22,223 nucleotides of DNA, taken from an uncultured virus (IMG/VR IMGVR_UViG_3300036770_004547). Taxonomy: Duplodnaviria; Heunggongvirae; Uroviricota; Caudoviricetes. Shown one piece after another: positions 8,047 to 15,945 of this stretch. The stretch lies in the IMG/VR virus record IMGVR_UViG_3300036770_004547. One strand, given 5' to 3'. Below the pieces are notes generated by a model, which ran no database searches, had not been told where the DNA came from, and saw nothing but the letters and a program-made list of their open reading frames with translations. Position 1 is the first letter of the stretch, and every line of letters begins with the position of its first letter. The position numbers and the translations under genes are program-made.

Positions 8047-8075
8047 GAAAAGTACAGCAATTACCTTCCATAATA
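8045..8075 (-). promoter_or_regulatory. TATTAT -10 element overlapping a 10-bp RNA hairpin that covers the endolysin AUG
   Basis: Minus transcript AUGGAAGGUA-(AUUGCUG)-UACUUUUCAU(G): 10/10 pairs including two G-U; TATTAT at 8075-8070. Confidence 0.65.
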
Positions 8076-8095
8076 GTGTTAATTAAATTTAAGTG

Positions 8096-8224
8096 TTAAC
8101 CTTTACCTTGCCCCCTGGACTTTTTACGTCCGTGAGAAGGTTTGGAATTCTGTCCTTGACCCTGCCTTGTCAGCTTAGGTTGTGATTCTTTTTTCTGAAT
8201 CGTATTGCCTTTTACTTTACCCAT
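8096..8224 (-). CDS. Small, very basic protein (42 aa)
   Basis: Not in the ORF track. MGKSKGNTIQKKESQPKLTRQGQGQNSKPSHGRKKSRGQGKG fills the gap, starting 5 nt after the upstream stop; resembles K/R/G-rich mini-proteins seen in cyanophages. Confidence 0.7.
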   Translation of the reverse strand: MGKVKGNTIQKKESQPKLTRQGQGQNSKPSHGRKKSRGQGKG

Positions 8225-8229
8225 TTAAA

Positions 8230-8517
8230 TCACCAGTTGTAATGACACGCCCACCAGCCAGGAGTAAGTTTATTTTTCTTTTCTGAACAATTGTGTCGCG
8301 CTTTAAAATTTGCCCTACGTTTTTCATCTTTATGCTGTAAATAGTCTTCGTAACCTCTTGCTCCAAATCTTACAATAGCTTCCTTACCTCCTTGACACGC
8401 TTTTACAACATATTTATGCTTGTCTCCTTTTGGAGCACGTTGTGGTTTATTGCAAGCCATTTCTGACTTTTGATAACGTTTAGCTGCCGTAGCAGCTTTT
8501 TTTCGTTTATCTGACAT
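8230..8517 (-). CDS. Basic conserved viral hypothetical protein (DUF5754-like)
   Basis: HKYVV...VRFGARGYEDYLQHKDEKRRANFKARH...TPGWW...W motif; ATG 8517 overlaps the upstream TGA. Confidence 0.75.
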   Translation of the reverse strand: MSDKRKKAATAAKRYQKSEMACNKPQRAPKGDKHKYVVKACQGGKEAIVRFGARGYEDYLQHKDEKRRANFKARHNCSEKKNKLTPGWWACHYNW

Positions 8518-11225
8518 CAACCAAACCCTTTAAATAAAGACGTGAACTCATCCAAGAAACCTTGACCAGCTTTTGATTTTGCAGGTAAGTCTTCATCTTC
8601 ATCAATTGTAAAATAACTTGATTTTGTAGGTGTTTGCGTTGTGGTTTTATCTTCACCAAAAAAGTTTTCAATTGTTCCAAGTGATGCAAATGGATCTGAA
8701 TAATCAAGTCCAGTAGCTTTAAATGATTGGCTTGTACCAGCTTTAGTGAGTGCGGCTTGTTCTGACCTGTCAAGGTCCGGGAAAAAGTTTTCGTAAAACT
8801 CATCCTCTGTCCCCTGGAACCCAGCAGATTGAAATGTTTTATAAAGCGCAGTTTCTTCCCCTGTGCTTTCAACCGGTTTGTAATCTTTTTCTCGTTGAAT
8901 GTAAGTAACACCAAGAAGTTCTTGCGTGGGTTTCTCTTTTCTTTCATTTAAAAATTTAATTTGCTCTCTAATATCTTGCGCAGAACTAGTCCTTATGGTT
9001 TCGGTAATTTCTTTTTTTAAATCAGTTATATCACCAGAAAAATCTTTTAGCTTATATCGATCTAAAACTTGATCCCATGTAGTTTTATCATTTGGATTTA
9101 AACCTTTGAGCATTTCATCTGCAAATTCTTCTGGTTTAATAAATTGACCAAAAATTGTTCCTTGTTTTAAAGCTTCTTCTTTAAGTGCAGGAAGAATTTT
9201 ACTGTAGATTTCATCACTTACTTTTGATGCGTTAAGGATGTCATCAGCAGCGTCGTAACCCTGTCCTTGTCCTTTGACTTGGAAATGCATGCGGGCAAAT
9301 GCATCTTTGTCGTTAATGTTGACACCAAACCGATAGGCTTGTGAAGTCCAGTACGGGTCACCTTTTTTTGCTGCTTCCCAGTCTGCGTTAACAGTTGACG
9401 CTTGATTAGCGTAACGCTCTTCACGAACTTTATCTCCAGTTGGATTGAAGTAAAACGCGGAGTCAAAGTATCGCTCTGGAGTTTGTTTAAGCTGGTCAAT
9501 GTATTGTTGAGCACGGAGATCAGCAACTAATTTAACAGCATTAAGAATGTCTTGCGTTTGAAATGGGTTTTGCTCTGATTTGCCAACGTCAATGTACTCA
9601 ATAAATTCATTCATTGACTTTGATTCATTAAATCTTGGAATCAAGTATTGATCGATAAAGTCTCTAGCAAATTGACCTTGAATTTTTACACGTTCTTCTG
9701 CTTCATCTTTTGTCAAGCCAAGCTCTAAATCTTCTTGGTATTTAGCTTTTAATCTATTATCAAACCATTGCTGCCAGTTATAGGTAACTGAATTATTAAT
9801 ACCAGTAATTTTTTGAAGAGATTTTTCCAGAGATTCTTGAGATTTTTTTCCTCCAGTAAAAGATAGTATTCCACCAACACCAGAATCTCCCAGAATTGAA
9901 TTAGCCAAATCTTTATTAATATTGGTAATTTCTCCCAGTGAATCAAAGTTAGAAAATAAAGCAAGTTCCTGTTCTTTTGCTTTAGCTTTTTTCATTTCAG
10001 CAATAGTTTGCTTTAATACATCTTGTGCCAAAGCGCCAAATCGTTTTACGTCAACGATTGCTTTTTCACCGACTGCTTGATTTAATGCGTCTTCCAGTTC
10101 AGTGATGCCATAATCAGCATTGATGTTGTACTGAAAAGAAATCGCTTTGTCTTCAGGACGATTAGACATCCTGAACAAAACAGCAAACTCATCTTCTTTA
10201 TTTGGATCAAGAAAATATTCTTTGCCTAGGTTTTTCCAATAAGTATCGCCTGCTTTTGCTTTTTCCCAAGCATCTGCAATTTCTGGAACTTTTAACAAGC
10301 GGTCTGTTTGCGTACCCGTATCAACTCCTAATTGAATATTTCTTACATCTTGAAGATCTTTATCTGTTGGTTTTTGCTCTACATATTGTTTAGAAGCGGC
10401 AAGCTCTTCTGCTTTATTACCACGAGCACCTGAAGGTTTTCCAATATTTGTGTAATGTTGCAGGTAAAAACTATTTTCATTTCCGTAACGCTGGGTAATA
10501 TCAATATCATCATTCGCAACAGCGGCTGCCCACTGCTGAGCCGCATTAGGGTTTTGGTTTTTGTAATAATCCCCATCAAAAGCACCATACGGAGGTTTGG
10601 CTCCCAGGTCAGCGCTCCAGGGTTGCAGTTTTTCAGTTGAATAATAAGCTTTGTAATAATTCTCTAAAGTTCCTTTTAGGGTGTCATCAATTCCTTGAAT
10701 CCCTCTAATTAACTCTCTTTGCTGGGTGTAATCTCCGCCACGAGTAGAATCTTTAACCTGCAAAACTCTGTTATAAGCATTATTTTTTTGTTGGTTTAAA
10801 AAATTTAATTCTTTTGATTTTTCATTTAATTCAATATTATTTTTAATATCTTCAAAAGCACTTGAGATTTTTTCTTTTTCTTTTGAAATCGGTGTCCATG
10901 AGATTCCAATTTCACGGGTACTGCCTGGCCCTTTTCCTGCTCCGATATATGTTGTATAACTAGACTCAAGAACACCCGAGCTTATTGCATTATTTATTGC
11001 CTTACTAATTGCATCATCTACTGAAGTGTTCGCATCAATAACAACATCAATTGTTTTATATTTTGGCGTTGTAAATTGTTGCCCCCTGGAGCCGATACTT
11101 ACATTCTGCTGACTGCTAAGTAATGTAATTTGAAAAGACTGTGTTTCTGGGCGTGTCGTATTGTAATCAGTTTTTTCGTAAGTAACATTCCACTTGCGTG
11201 CCGCCGGGTCATATGAAAGTCCCAT
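8517..11225 (-). CDS. Large hypothetical, probably virion/internal protein (902 aa)
   Basis: Long ORF of helical composition with an internal duplicated motif (WExAKxGDxYW); coupled to the HNH gene. Confidence 0.8.
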   Translation of the reverse strand: MGLSYDPAARKWNVTYEKTDYNTTRPETQSFQITLLSSQQNVSIGSRGQQFTTPKYKTIDVVIDANTSVDDAISKAINNAISSGVLESSYTTYIGAGKGPGSTREIGISWTPISKEKEKISSAFEDIKNNIELNEKSKELNFLNQQKNNAYNRVLQVKDSTRGGDYTQQRELIRGIQGIDDTLKGTLENYYKAYYSTEKLQPWSADLGAKPPYGAFDGDYYKNQNPNAAQQWAAAVANDDIDITQRYGNENSFYLQHYTNIGKPSGARGNKAEELAASKQYVEQKPTDKDLQDVRNIQLGVDTGTQTDRLLKVPEIADAWEKAKAGDTYWKNLGKEYFLDPNKEDEFAVLFRMSNRPEDKAISFQYNINADYGITELEDALNQAVGEKAIVDVKRFGALAQDVLKQTIAEMKKAKAKEQELALFSNFDSLGEITNINKDLANSILGDSGVGGILSFTGGKKSQESLEKSLQKITGINNSVTYNWQQWFDNRLKAKYQEDLELGLTKDEAEERVKIQGQFARDFIDQYLIPRFNESKSMNEFIEYIDVGKSEQNPFQTQDILNAVKLVADLRAQQYIDQLKQTPERYFDSAFYFNPTGDKVREERYANQASTVNADWEAAKKGDPYWTSQAYRFGVNINDKDAFARMHFQVKGQGQGYDAADDILNASKVSDEIYSKILPALKEEALKQGTIFGQFIKPEEFADEMLKGLNPNDKTTWDQVLDRYKLKDFSGDITDLKKEITETIRTSSAQDIREQIKFLNERKEKPTQELLGVTYIQREKDYKPVESTGEETALYKTFQSAGFQGTEDEFYENFFPDLDRSEQAALTKAGTSQSFKATGLDYSDPFASLGTIENFFGEDKTTTQTPTKSSYFTIDEDEDLPAKSKAGQGFLDEFTSLFKGFG

Positions 11226-11226
11226 G

Positions 11227-11589
11227 TCAAACTGCCGGTTTTAACTCTTGTAATGGATAAGAAAAAATGTCAACAACTTCCTGTGACATCCAAGCTTTGA
11301 TTCTTTCCATCTTAACCTGAGTAAAGAATTCTTGTTGTTGATACCATTGTTCTACAGCAGTACTGCCTTTGTTACTATTGCAACGGCGGCAGGCAGGAAT
11401 CAAATTATTTCTATTGCTAGAACCGGACTTAAACCTTGGGACAATGTGGTCAAGACTTGTAGCAACGTCTTCACAATAAGCACATTTGTAATCCCAGAAC
11501 TCGTAAATAGATTCTCTAAATTTCTTTTTTGCTAACTTTGGAGTTAATTCGACCAGAAGAGCAAGGGGTGCGTGCTCGTCATGGAACAT
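11227..11589 (-). CDS. HNH endonuclease
   Basis: CAYC...DHIVP...G...NLIPACRRCNSNKG zinc-binding HNH signature. Confidence 0.9.
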   Translation of the reverse strand: MFHDEHAPLALLVELTPKLAKKKFRESIYEFWDYKCAYCEDVATSLDHIVPRFKSGSSNRNNLIPACRRCNSNKGSTAVEQWYQQQEFFTQVKMERIKAWMSQEVVDIFSYPLQELKPAV

Positions 11590-11660
11590 ACTCTTTAGTT
11601 GCCGTTAATATATTTTAAGATTCCCAAGCCAATTTAAAGTTTTAAAATTTCGTAAAGAAC

Positions 11661-11690
11661 CCTTGACATGCCTTGTCATCAAGGTAGTGT
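11661..11690 (+). promoter_or_regulatory. Sigma70-type promoter (TTGACA-16-TAGTGT) overlapped by tandem and inverted repeats
   Basis: TTGACA 11663-11668; TAGTGT 11685-11690; CCTTGACATG/CCTTGTCATC tandem 10-mers; CCTTGA...TCAAGG inverted repeat. Confidence 0.6.
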
Positions 11691-11715
11691 ATATCTGAAC
11701 ACGCCCTTGTTTTTC

Positions 11716-11988
11716 ATGGCGGCCACAGCAGGTTGGGTTACAGCCAACAAAGCATGCGAGTCTCTGGGACTCGACAAGAAAACGCTCTTCAAAATGCGCG
11801 ACGATGGGACCCTTCGCCTGGGTCCCCATTACGCCGCATTTAAAGACACGTTTTCGCGTGACTCGTATCGTTGGAATCTTACTAGCGTGCGCAAGGAATT
11901 AAGGAAGAAAGGGATTCCTTTTGTTGATCCACTTTCTTTGGGAAGTACAACGACTTCCTCAACTGATATGCAAGTTGAAGGTCAGTGA
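11716..11988 (+). CDS. Excisionase-like HTH DNA-binding protein
   Basis: Likely ATG at 11716, downstream of the promoter; WVTANKACESLGLDKKTLFKMRDDG.L..GPHY...YRWN is a winged-HTH pattern. Confidence 0.7.
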   Translation: MAATAGWVTANKACESLGLDKKTLFKMRDDGTLRLGPHYAAFKDTFSRDSYRWNLTSVRKELRKKGIPFVDPLSLGSTTTSSTDMQVEGQ

Positions 11989-12319
11989 TGTTTAAAGAAA
12001 CTTTTTGAGTTTCAATTGCATTGCTAAGTTTACTTTTAATCTTATCAAAGCAGTCTTCAAGATTTGAAGGCTGCTTTTCTTTTAGTTGAAACAAGATAAT
12101 CCACTGTGGATGTAGTGGTTTGATTTTCTTTTTCTTTGTTGTAATTGAAATTGTGTTGTCTGAGTTCCAGGTAAAGCTTTTTAATTCTTTTGGGTGAACG
12201 CCATAGGTTGCTGACATTCCAAAGAGCCAGGCTGCAGCACCAAAACTTTTGATCCTAGATAGCTGAAAGTAATCGTCTACGATCGCCTGATCGGGCGGAG
12301 GGGGATGGATAGGTTTCAT
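11882..12319 (-). CDS. Truncated, catalytically degenerate tyrosine-recombinase-like protein (145 aa)
   Basis: WLFGMSATYGVHPKEL, PLHPQW and TDLQLAYQLR parallel the cyanobacterial integrase motifs GM.ATYGLRP.E, PL.PEW and YDLRHA.A.R. Confidence 0.55.
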   Translation of the reverse strand: MKPIHPPPPDQAIVDDYFQLSRIKSFGAAAWLFGMSATYGVHPKELKSFTWNSDNTISITTKKKKIKPLHPQWIILFQLKEKQPSNLEDCFDKIKSKLSNAIETQKVSLNITDLQLAYQLRKSLYFPKKVDQQKESLSSLIPCAR

Positions 12320-12390
12320 TGGTCTCTGGCGTGTAGGCCAACTAAACCTTAAACCTTACCAGGCCCAGGGACGCATGTAGGGGGAAATCT

Positions 12391-12414
12391 TATTGAGTCT
12401 TAATAGACTCAATA
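12391..12414. repeat. Perfect 10-bp inverted repeat
   Basis: TATTGAGTCT-TAAT-AGACTCAATA in the spacer between the SWIM gene stop and the integrase-like gene. Confidence 0.85.
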
Positions 12415-12424
12415 CAAGTATACA

Positions 12425-13951
12425 CTAATCCAACATTGTAAAGTTTTCTATCAATATTTTGTCTGTTGCAATGTTAAACAGCTTTTGAATTACGGGATAC
12501 AAAATTGGTGATTGCGCATTACGTGGTGGAACATCCATGACAGAAAGAGAACGCACTGTTTTAAAGTATTCTCTATCCTTTTGAATTTTAATTTCAGTTT
12601 GTTTTACAAGCCTTTGTTCCCATTCAACCATGCCTGTAATACCTACAGGAAAATCAGATGGTTCTGGCGGAAATAATTTGTCCCTGAATTTAAGTGCATA
12701 GATGTGTTTGCAATATCTCAACTCATCTAACAATGGAGTCCAGTTATCTGAAATCGAAAGAATAATGTCCTGAGGGATTGAGTTACCATCTGTTTCCAAG
12801 GAAAAAGTACTGTAATCGTCATAGCCTGGCATACCTTCTGCCGTGGAGCCAGGGATGGAGATGTTAGACGTGCTTCTTTTGTAGATCGCACCAAACTCTC
12901 TGTAGACACCAGGGTTGTCACGTGTTGCTTTTATATCAGTATTTGATGCATCGGTAACGGTGTAATCTAACTCAAATCCTTCAGGTGCGTATACATCCAA
13001 GCTGCGATTGACACCTGGTGCTGTCATTGCACTGTTGTTGACAACCCCATCTACTTGCGTAACTTCAAAACGACCAGGTTTAATAGCAGATACGTTTGTT
13101 CTTGGGAAAAACTTCTTGGTTGTATTTGCTCCTCCCATTACAAATGAATAATCTCTATGCGTAAAATCTTGGCAAGTGCAAGCATATCTCGATCCTGTAA
13201 TCAAGAATCTGCCAGGGGTAAAGCCAACAGGAGAAGGAGAAATAAATTGTTTATCTGGTGATACATAAACGGAACCTGATTTTTTGAATTTCAGTATACC
13301 AGTGTCTTGATTAATTGCAACAACAACAGCTTGAACGTAACCATATCTGGTTTGAGTATTGGGATTGATCGTATCACTTGTAATAATTGGCCCATCTTCA
13401 ACAAGAACACGATCTTCAAAAATTTCTGTATTGGCAGGTTTTAAGCCATTAGGTTGCCCTGGTACTGGAATATAAAATGGCGCTGGAAGTGGGTTGGCAG
13501 AGCTCCAAGTTCCAGTTAGTTTTACATACCAATAAAAAGAATCTTCTGTAACGCTTTCAACAGATAGTTTTTGAGTGCTAACCGGATCTGTTAATTGATC
13601 TGTGCGTACAGAACCTGCATAACGCCAAATGGCCCAATGCATCCCAAGCTCTTTGTTGCTTGTTGGGAAGCCAACAAATGCACCAGAAATTACAGTGTTT
13701 GCATTACCAGAACTTGCGCTATCTGGTGTTTCGTATCTGAACGAGAATGTATATTCATTACTGTATGTGTAGGCATTAGCAAGTTCATATCCTTTTCTCC
13801 ATCTTGACCAAGCTGATTCCCTATTGGCAGCGTAGATTGAATCTGGGACGCTGCCCTTAGAGAATTCTGTTGTGATTGGTTTAATGACGCCAGGGTTAAA
13901 TGGCTTTACTTCTTGGAAATTACCAAAGTTATTGCCACTTTTTTTGGCCAT
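12425..13951 (-). CDS. SWIM zinc-finger-containing protein (508 aa)
   Basis: RYACTCQDF (CxC at 13180-13172) and YCKHIYAL (CxH at 12712-12704) form the two halves of a SWIM motif. Confidence 0.7.
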   Translation of the reverse strand: MAKKSGNNFGNFQEVKPFNPGVIKPITTEFSKGSVPDSIYAANRESAWSRWRKGYELANAYTYSNEYTFSFRYETPDSASSGNANTVISGAFVGFPTSNKELGMHWAIWRYAGSVRTDQLTDPVSTQKLSVESVTEDSFYWYVKLTGTWSSANPLPAPFYIPVPGQPNGLKPANTEIFEDRVLVEDGPIITSDTINPNTQTRYGYVQAVVVAINQDTGILKFKKSGSVYVSPDKQFISPSPVGFTPGRFLITGSRYACTCQDFTHRDYSFVMGGANTTKKFFPRTNVSAIKPGRFEVTQVDGVVNNSAMTAPGVNRSLDVYAPEGFELDYTVTDASNTDIKATRDNPGVYREFGAIYKRSTSNISIPGSTAEGMPGYDDYSTFSLETDGNSIPQDIILSISDNWTPLLDELRYCKHIYALKFRDKLFPPEPSDFPVGITGMVEWEQRLVKQTEIKIQKDREYFKTVRSLSVMDVPPRNAQSPILYPVIQKLFNIATDKILIENFTMLD

Positions 13952-13954
13952 TTA

Positions 13955-14737
13955 TCAGAAGAAACCACCCTGTGCAATGACATGTGCGCCAGGGGTGTAG
14001 CCAGAGATGTTAGGACCATCCGGGAATACGCCAACGTACAGGCGATCACCACGCTCTAAGTACACTCCTTTATTGCGAAGAGGAGCAGTGCTGCCCAAGC
14101 CAGTGGTATTGCCAGCAGACATGACAGGAGCAGCAAGAGTCGGGAGGACATCTGAACAGTCAACCTCCTGTGTGTTAGCCGGAACGGTCTTGGCAAACAC
14201 AACACGGTAGTCCCCGGAAGCAGGGACGGGATTGGTTGTGCCGCGAGTATGGTACAACACAAAAGTCACGGCTGGTTGAGTGCCGTAGTTGGTTCCGTTG
14301 TACGTAAACCCTTGTGCAAGGCCCCCAGAGTAGTGGAGGGCGGTGTTGACGCCCGTCAGCGTGGTCGAACCAGTGTAGGTGTAGTAACCGACCCCACTGC
14401 CCGCTCCGCTGCCCGTGAGGATGCCTGTAGCGGTCACGTTAACGATCTGACCGCTAACAAAGGAAACAATAGTTCCAGACGTTGAGGCGCTTACTGTGTA
14501 ATCAGCAGCACGATAGAAATCATTACGAACAATCTTGACCGAATCAACGACACCACCGTTGTTATTGTCTTCACTCAACGTTGCGTCCATATCGACAAGA
14601 ATCGCCGGGACCTGGCCGCCCTGCACAAACAGGGTATTATTGGTCGCACTACCAGCAATCTGAGTAGTTACCCTGACGGCATCATAAAGCGGCCTGTCAA
14701 TAAAAACAGGGGACTTGTTTGTGGCGGTCGACGACAT
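13955..14737 (-). CDS. Putative virion structural protein (260 aa)
   Basis: T/G/V/S-rich beta-type composition; C-ending codon bias like the capsid genes; TATAAT upstream. Confidence 0.7.
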   Translation of the reverse strand: MSSTATNKSPVFIDRPLYDAVRVTTQIAGSATNNTLFVQGGQVPAILVDMDATLSEDNNNGGVVDSVKIVRNDFYRAADYTVSASTSGTIVSFVSGQIVNVTATGILTGSGAGSGVGYYTYTGSTTLTGVNTALHYSGGLAQGFTYNGTNYGTQPAVTFVLYHTRGTTNPVPASGDYRVVFAKTVPANTQEVDCSDVLPTLAAPVMSAGNTTGLGSTAPLRNKGVYLERGDRLYVGVFPDGPNISGYTPGAHVIAQGGFF

Positions 14738-14772
14738 GTAACTGTACCTAGGTTGTTTTTATTATAAATCAA

Positions 14773-15042
14773 TTAGACACCCATAGCCGTGTACTGAGCC
14801 ATGCTAAAAGGCTCACTAGGCATCTTTGCGGTTGAACTGAATAAGCGTTCGGGATTAGATTGGAGATTCAAAAAAGTCTGAAACAATTCTCCAACATCTG
14901 ATTTGGGTTGGAATTTAAATTGTTTTTTCCTAATGTAATCTGAGACTTGCTGCGGGTACTGACGATATTCATCCAAGCCCGCAAATCTGGCATCACTTGG
15001 AAGATAAGAATCGGAATCAACAACTTCGGAAAACCTAGCCAT
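14773..15042 (-). CDS. Hypothetical protein (89 aa)
   Basis: TAATG overlap with the upstream gene; fills the operon gap. Confidence 0.7.
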   Translation of the reverse strand: MARFSEVVDSDSYLPSDARFAGLDEYRQYPQQVSDYIRKKQFKFQPKSDVGELFQTFLNLQSNPERLFSSTAKMPSEPFSMAQYTAMGV

Positions 15043-15707
15043 TACACGAAATCCTCCTCGTCGCCAGCTCTTAGTCGATCTAAGAAATCTTGAAGATACA
15101 CATCTGCATTCATATTAACTTCAGGTAAAAAACTTTGTTGTCTTTGAAAATTTGGAATTACTCCCATGATAGTGCGAAGTAAATTGGCGCCAAGCCTATT
15201 GCCGTCTTGAACAGGTGTTGAGGCTACAGGAGCTGCAGGACTTTCAAGCGTTACAGGTAAATCACCAAGAACACGACGAGCATTTTCATATAAATCACCA
15301 CCTTTTTTAAACCTAGGAAGAGCGCTAGATACTGAAGTACCAAAAGAATCCTTGGCTTTTAATGATACGTTTGGATTACCACCAAGAACAGTTGCATAAG
15401 CGCGATCAATACCCATTTGACCGGGTTTAAAACCACGGTCTTCAAAGTATTTTAAAACAGCGGGCATCTGCCCGGCTCTTGTTTGAGGTCCAGAAATGCC
15501 ATAAAGCTTTTGTTCGTTTTGTCCGAACTGAATCAAGCCCTTATGTCGACCGCCCGCACCACCAACAATATTGGGATCCATGTTGGGGCCTGACTCCAAG
15601 GAAAGGAATCCGCCAAACTCATAAGGATCTAAACCTAATTTTTGCGCCCCACGGAAGATGGCCATCCGCTCTTCATGGGGGAGAGTACCAACGCGTGGAG
15701 TGGGCAT
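15042..15707 (-). CDS. Lytic transglycosylase-like (SLT/lysozyme-fold) protein
   Basis: LGLDP...LSLESG..DP...GLIQF motif with catalytic Glu-Ser, and a downstream AYATVLGGNP motif. Confidence 0.7.
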   Translation of the reverse strand: MPTPRVGTLPHEERMAIFRGAQKLGLDPYEFGGFLSLESGPNMDPNIVGGAGGRHKGLIQFGQNEQKLYGISGPQTRAGQMPAVLKYFEDRGFKPGQMGIDRAYATVLGGNPNVSLKAKDSFGTSVSSALPRFKKGGDLYENARRVLGDLPVTLESPAAPVASTPVQDGNRLGANLLRTIMGVIPNFQRQQSFLPEVNMNADVYLQDFLDRLRAGDEEDFV

Positions 15708-15720
15708 AATAACTGAATTT

Positions 15721-15837
15721 TTATTCTCCTACCCAATTTGAATTTGCCTTAAGACCAGGGACGAATACTGCTTGAAGAGCCACAACTAAACTCAGTTTGG
15801 CAGTGAGACGACGAAGGAAATTACGGCAAAGAATCAT
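15721..15837 (-). CDS. 38-aa signal-peptide-like small protein
   Basis: ATG 15837: MILCRNFLRRLTAKLSLVVALQAVFVPGLKANSNWVGE has a basic n-region, hydrophobic h-region, P-G-L-K-A c-region and short polar tail. Confidence 0.55.
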   Translation of the reverse strand: MILCRNFLRRLTAKLSLVVALQAVFVPGLKANSNWVGE

Positions 15838-15838
15838 T

Positions 15839-15945
15839 GGGTTACTGCAAGAACGCTGGTCTCCGTAGATCAAATGATCTGTTACCCAGCAGGTGGACTT
15901 ACCCACAGATGTGGCGCCAAGTAACCCTAGTTTACCAAAGGGTTA
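15839..15945 (-). other. Candidate structured RNA leader of the small ORF
   Basis: Closing stem GGGUUACU/AGUAACCC; inner stems GCUGG/CCAGC, AGAUC/GAUCU and GUGG/CCAC; competing hairpin UAACCCU/AGGGUUA; TAAACT hexamer at 15934-15929. Confidence 0.5.

Noticed and set aside
8507..10640. Nested ORFs within the 902-aa gene (8507..8947, 9218..9526 and others)
   Set aside because: No motifs or initiation signals; composition typical of off-frame translation.
11668..11715. N-terminal extension of the HTH gene from ATG 11668
   Set aside because: That ATG overlaps the -35 box of the predicted promoter; ATG 11716 fits better.
15707..15723. Small ORF acting as signal peptide of the transglycosylase by read-through
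   Set aside because: The frames differ by one and no convincing slippery site precedes the stop.
15721..15906. 61-aa version of the small ORF starting at GTG 15906
   Set aside because: The extension runs through the structured leader; ATG 15837 gives a coherent signal-peptide-like product.
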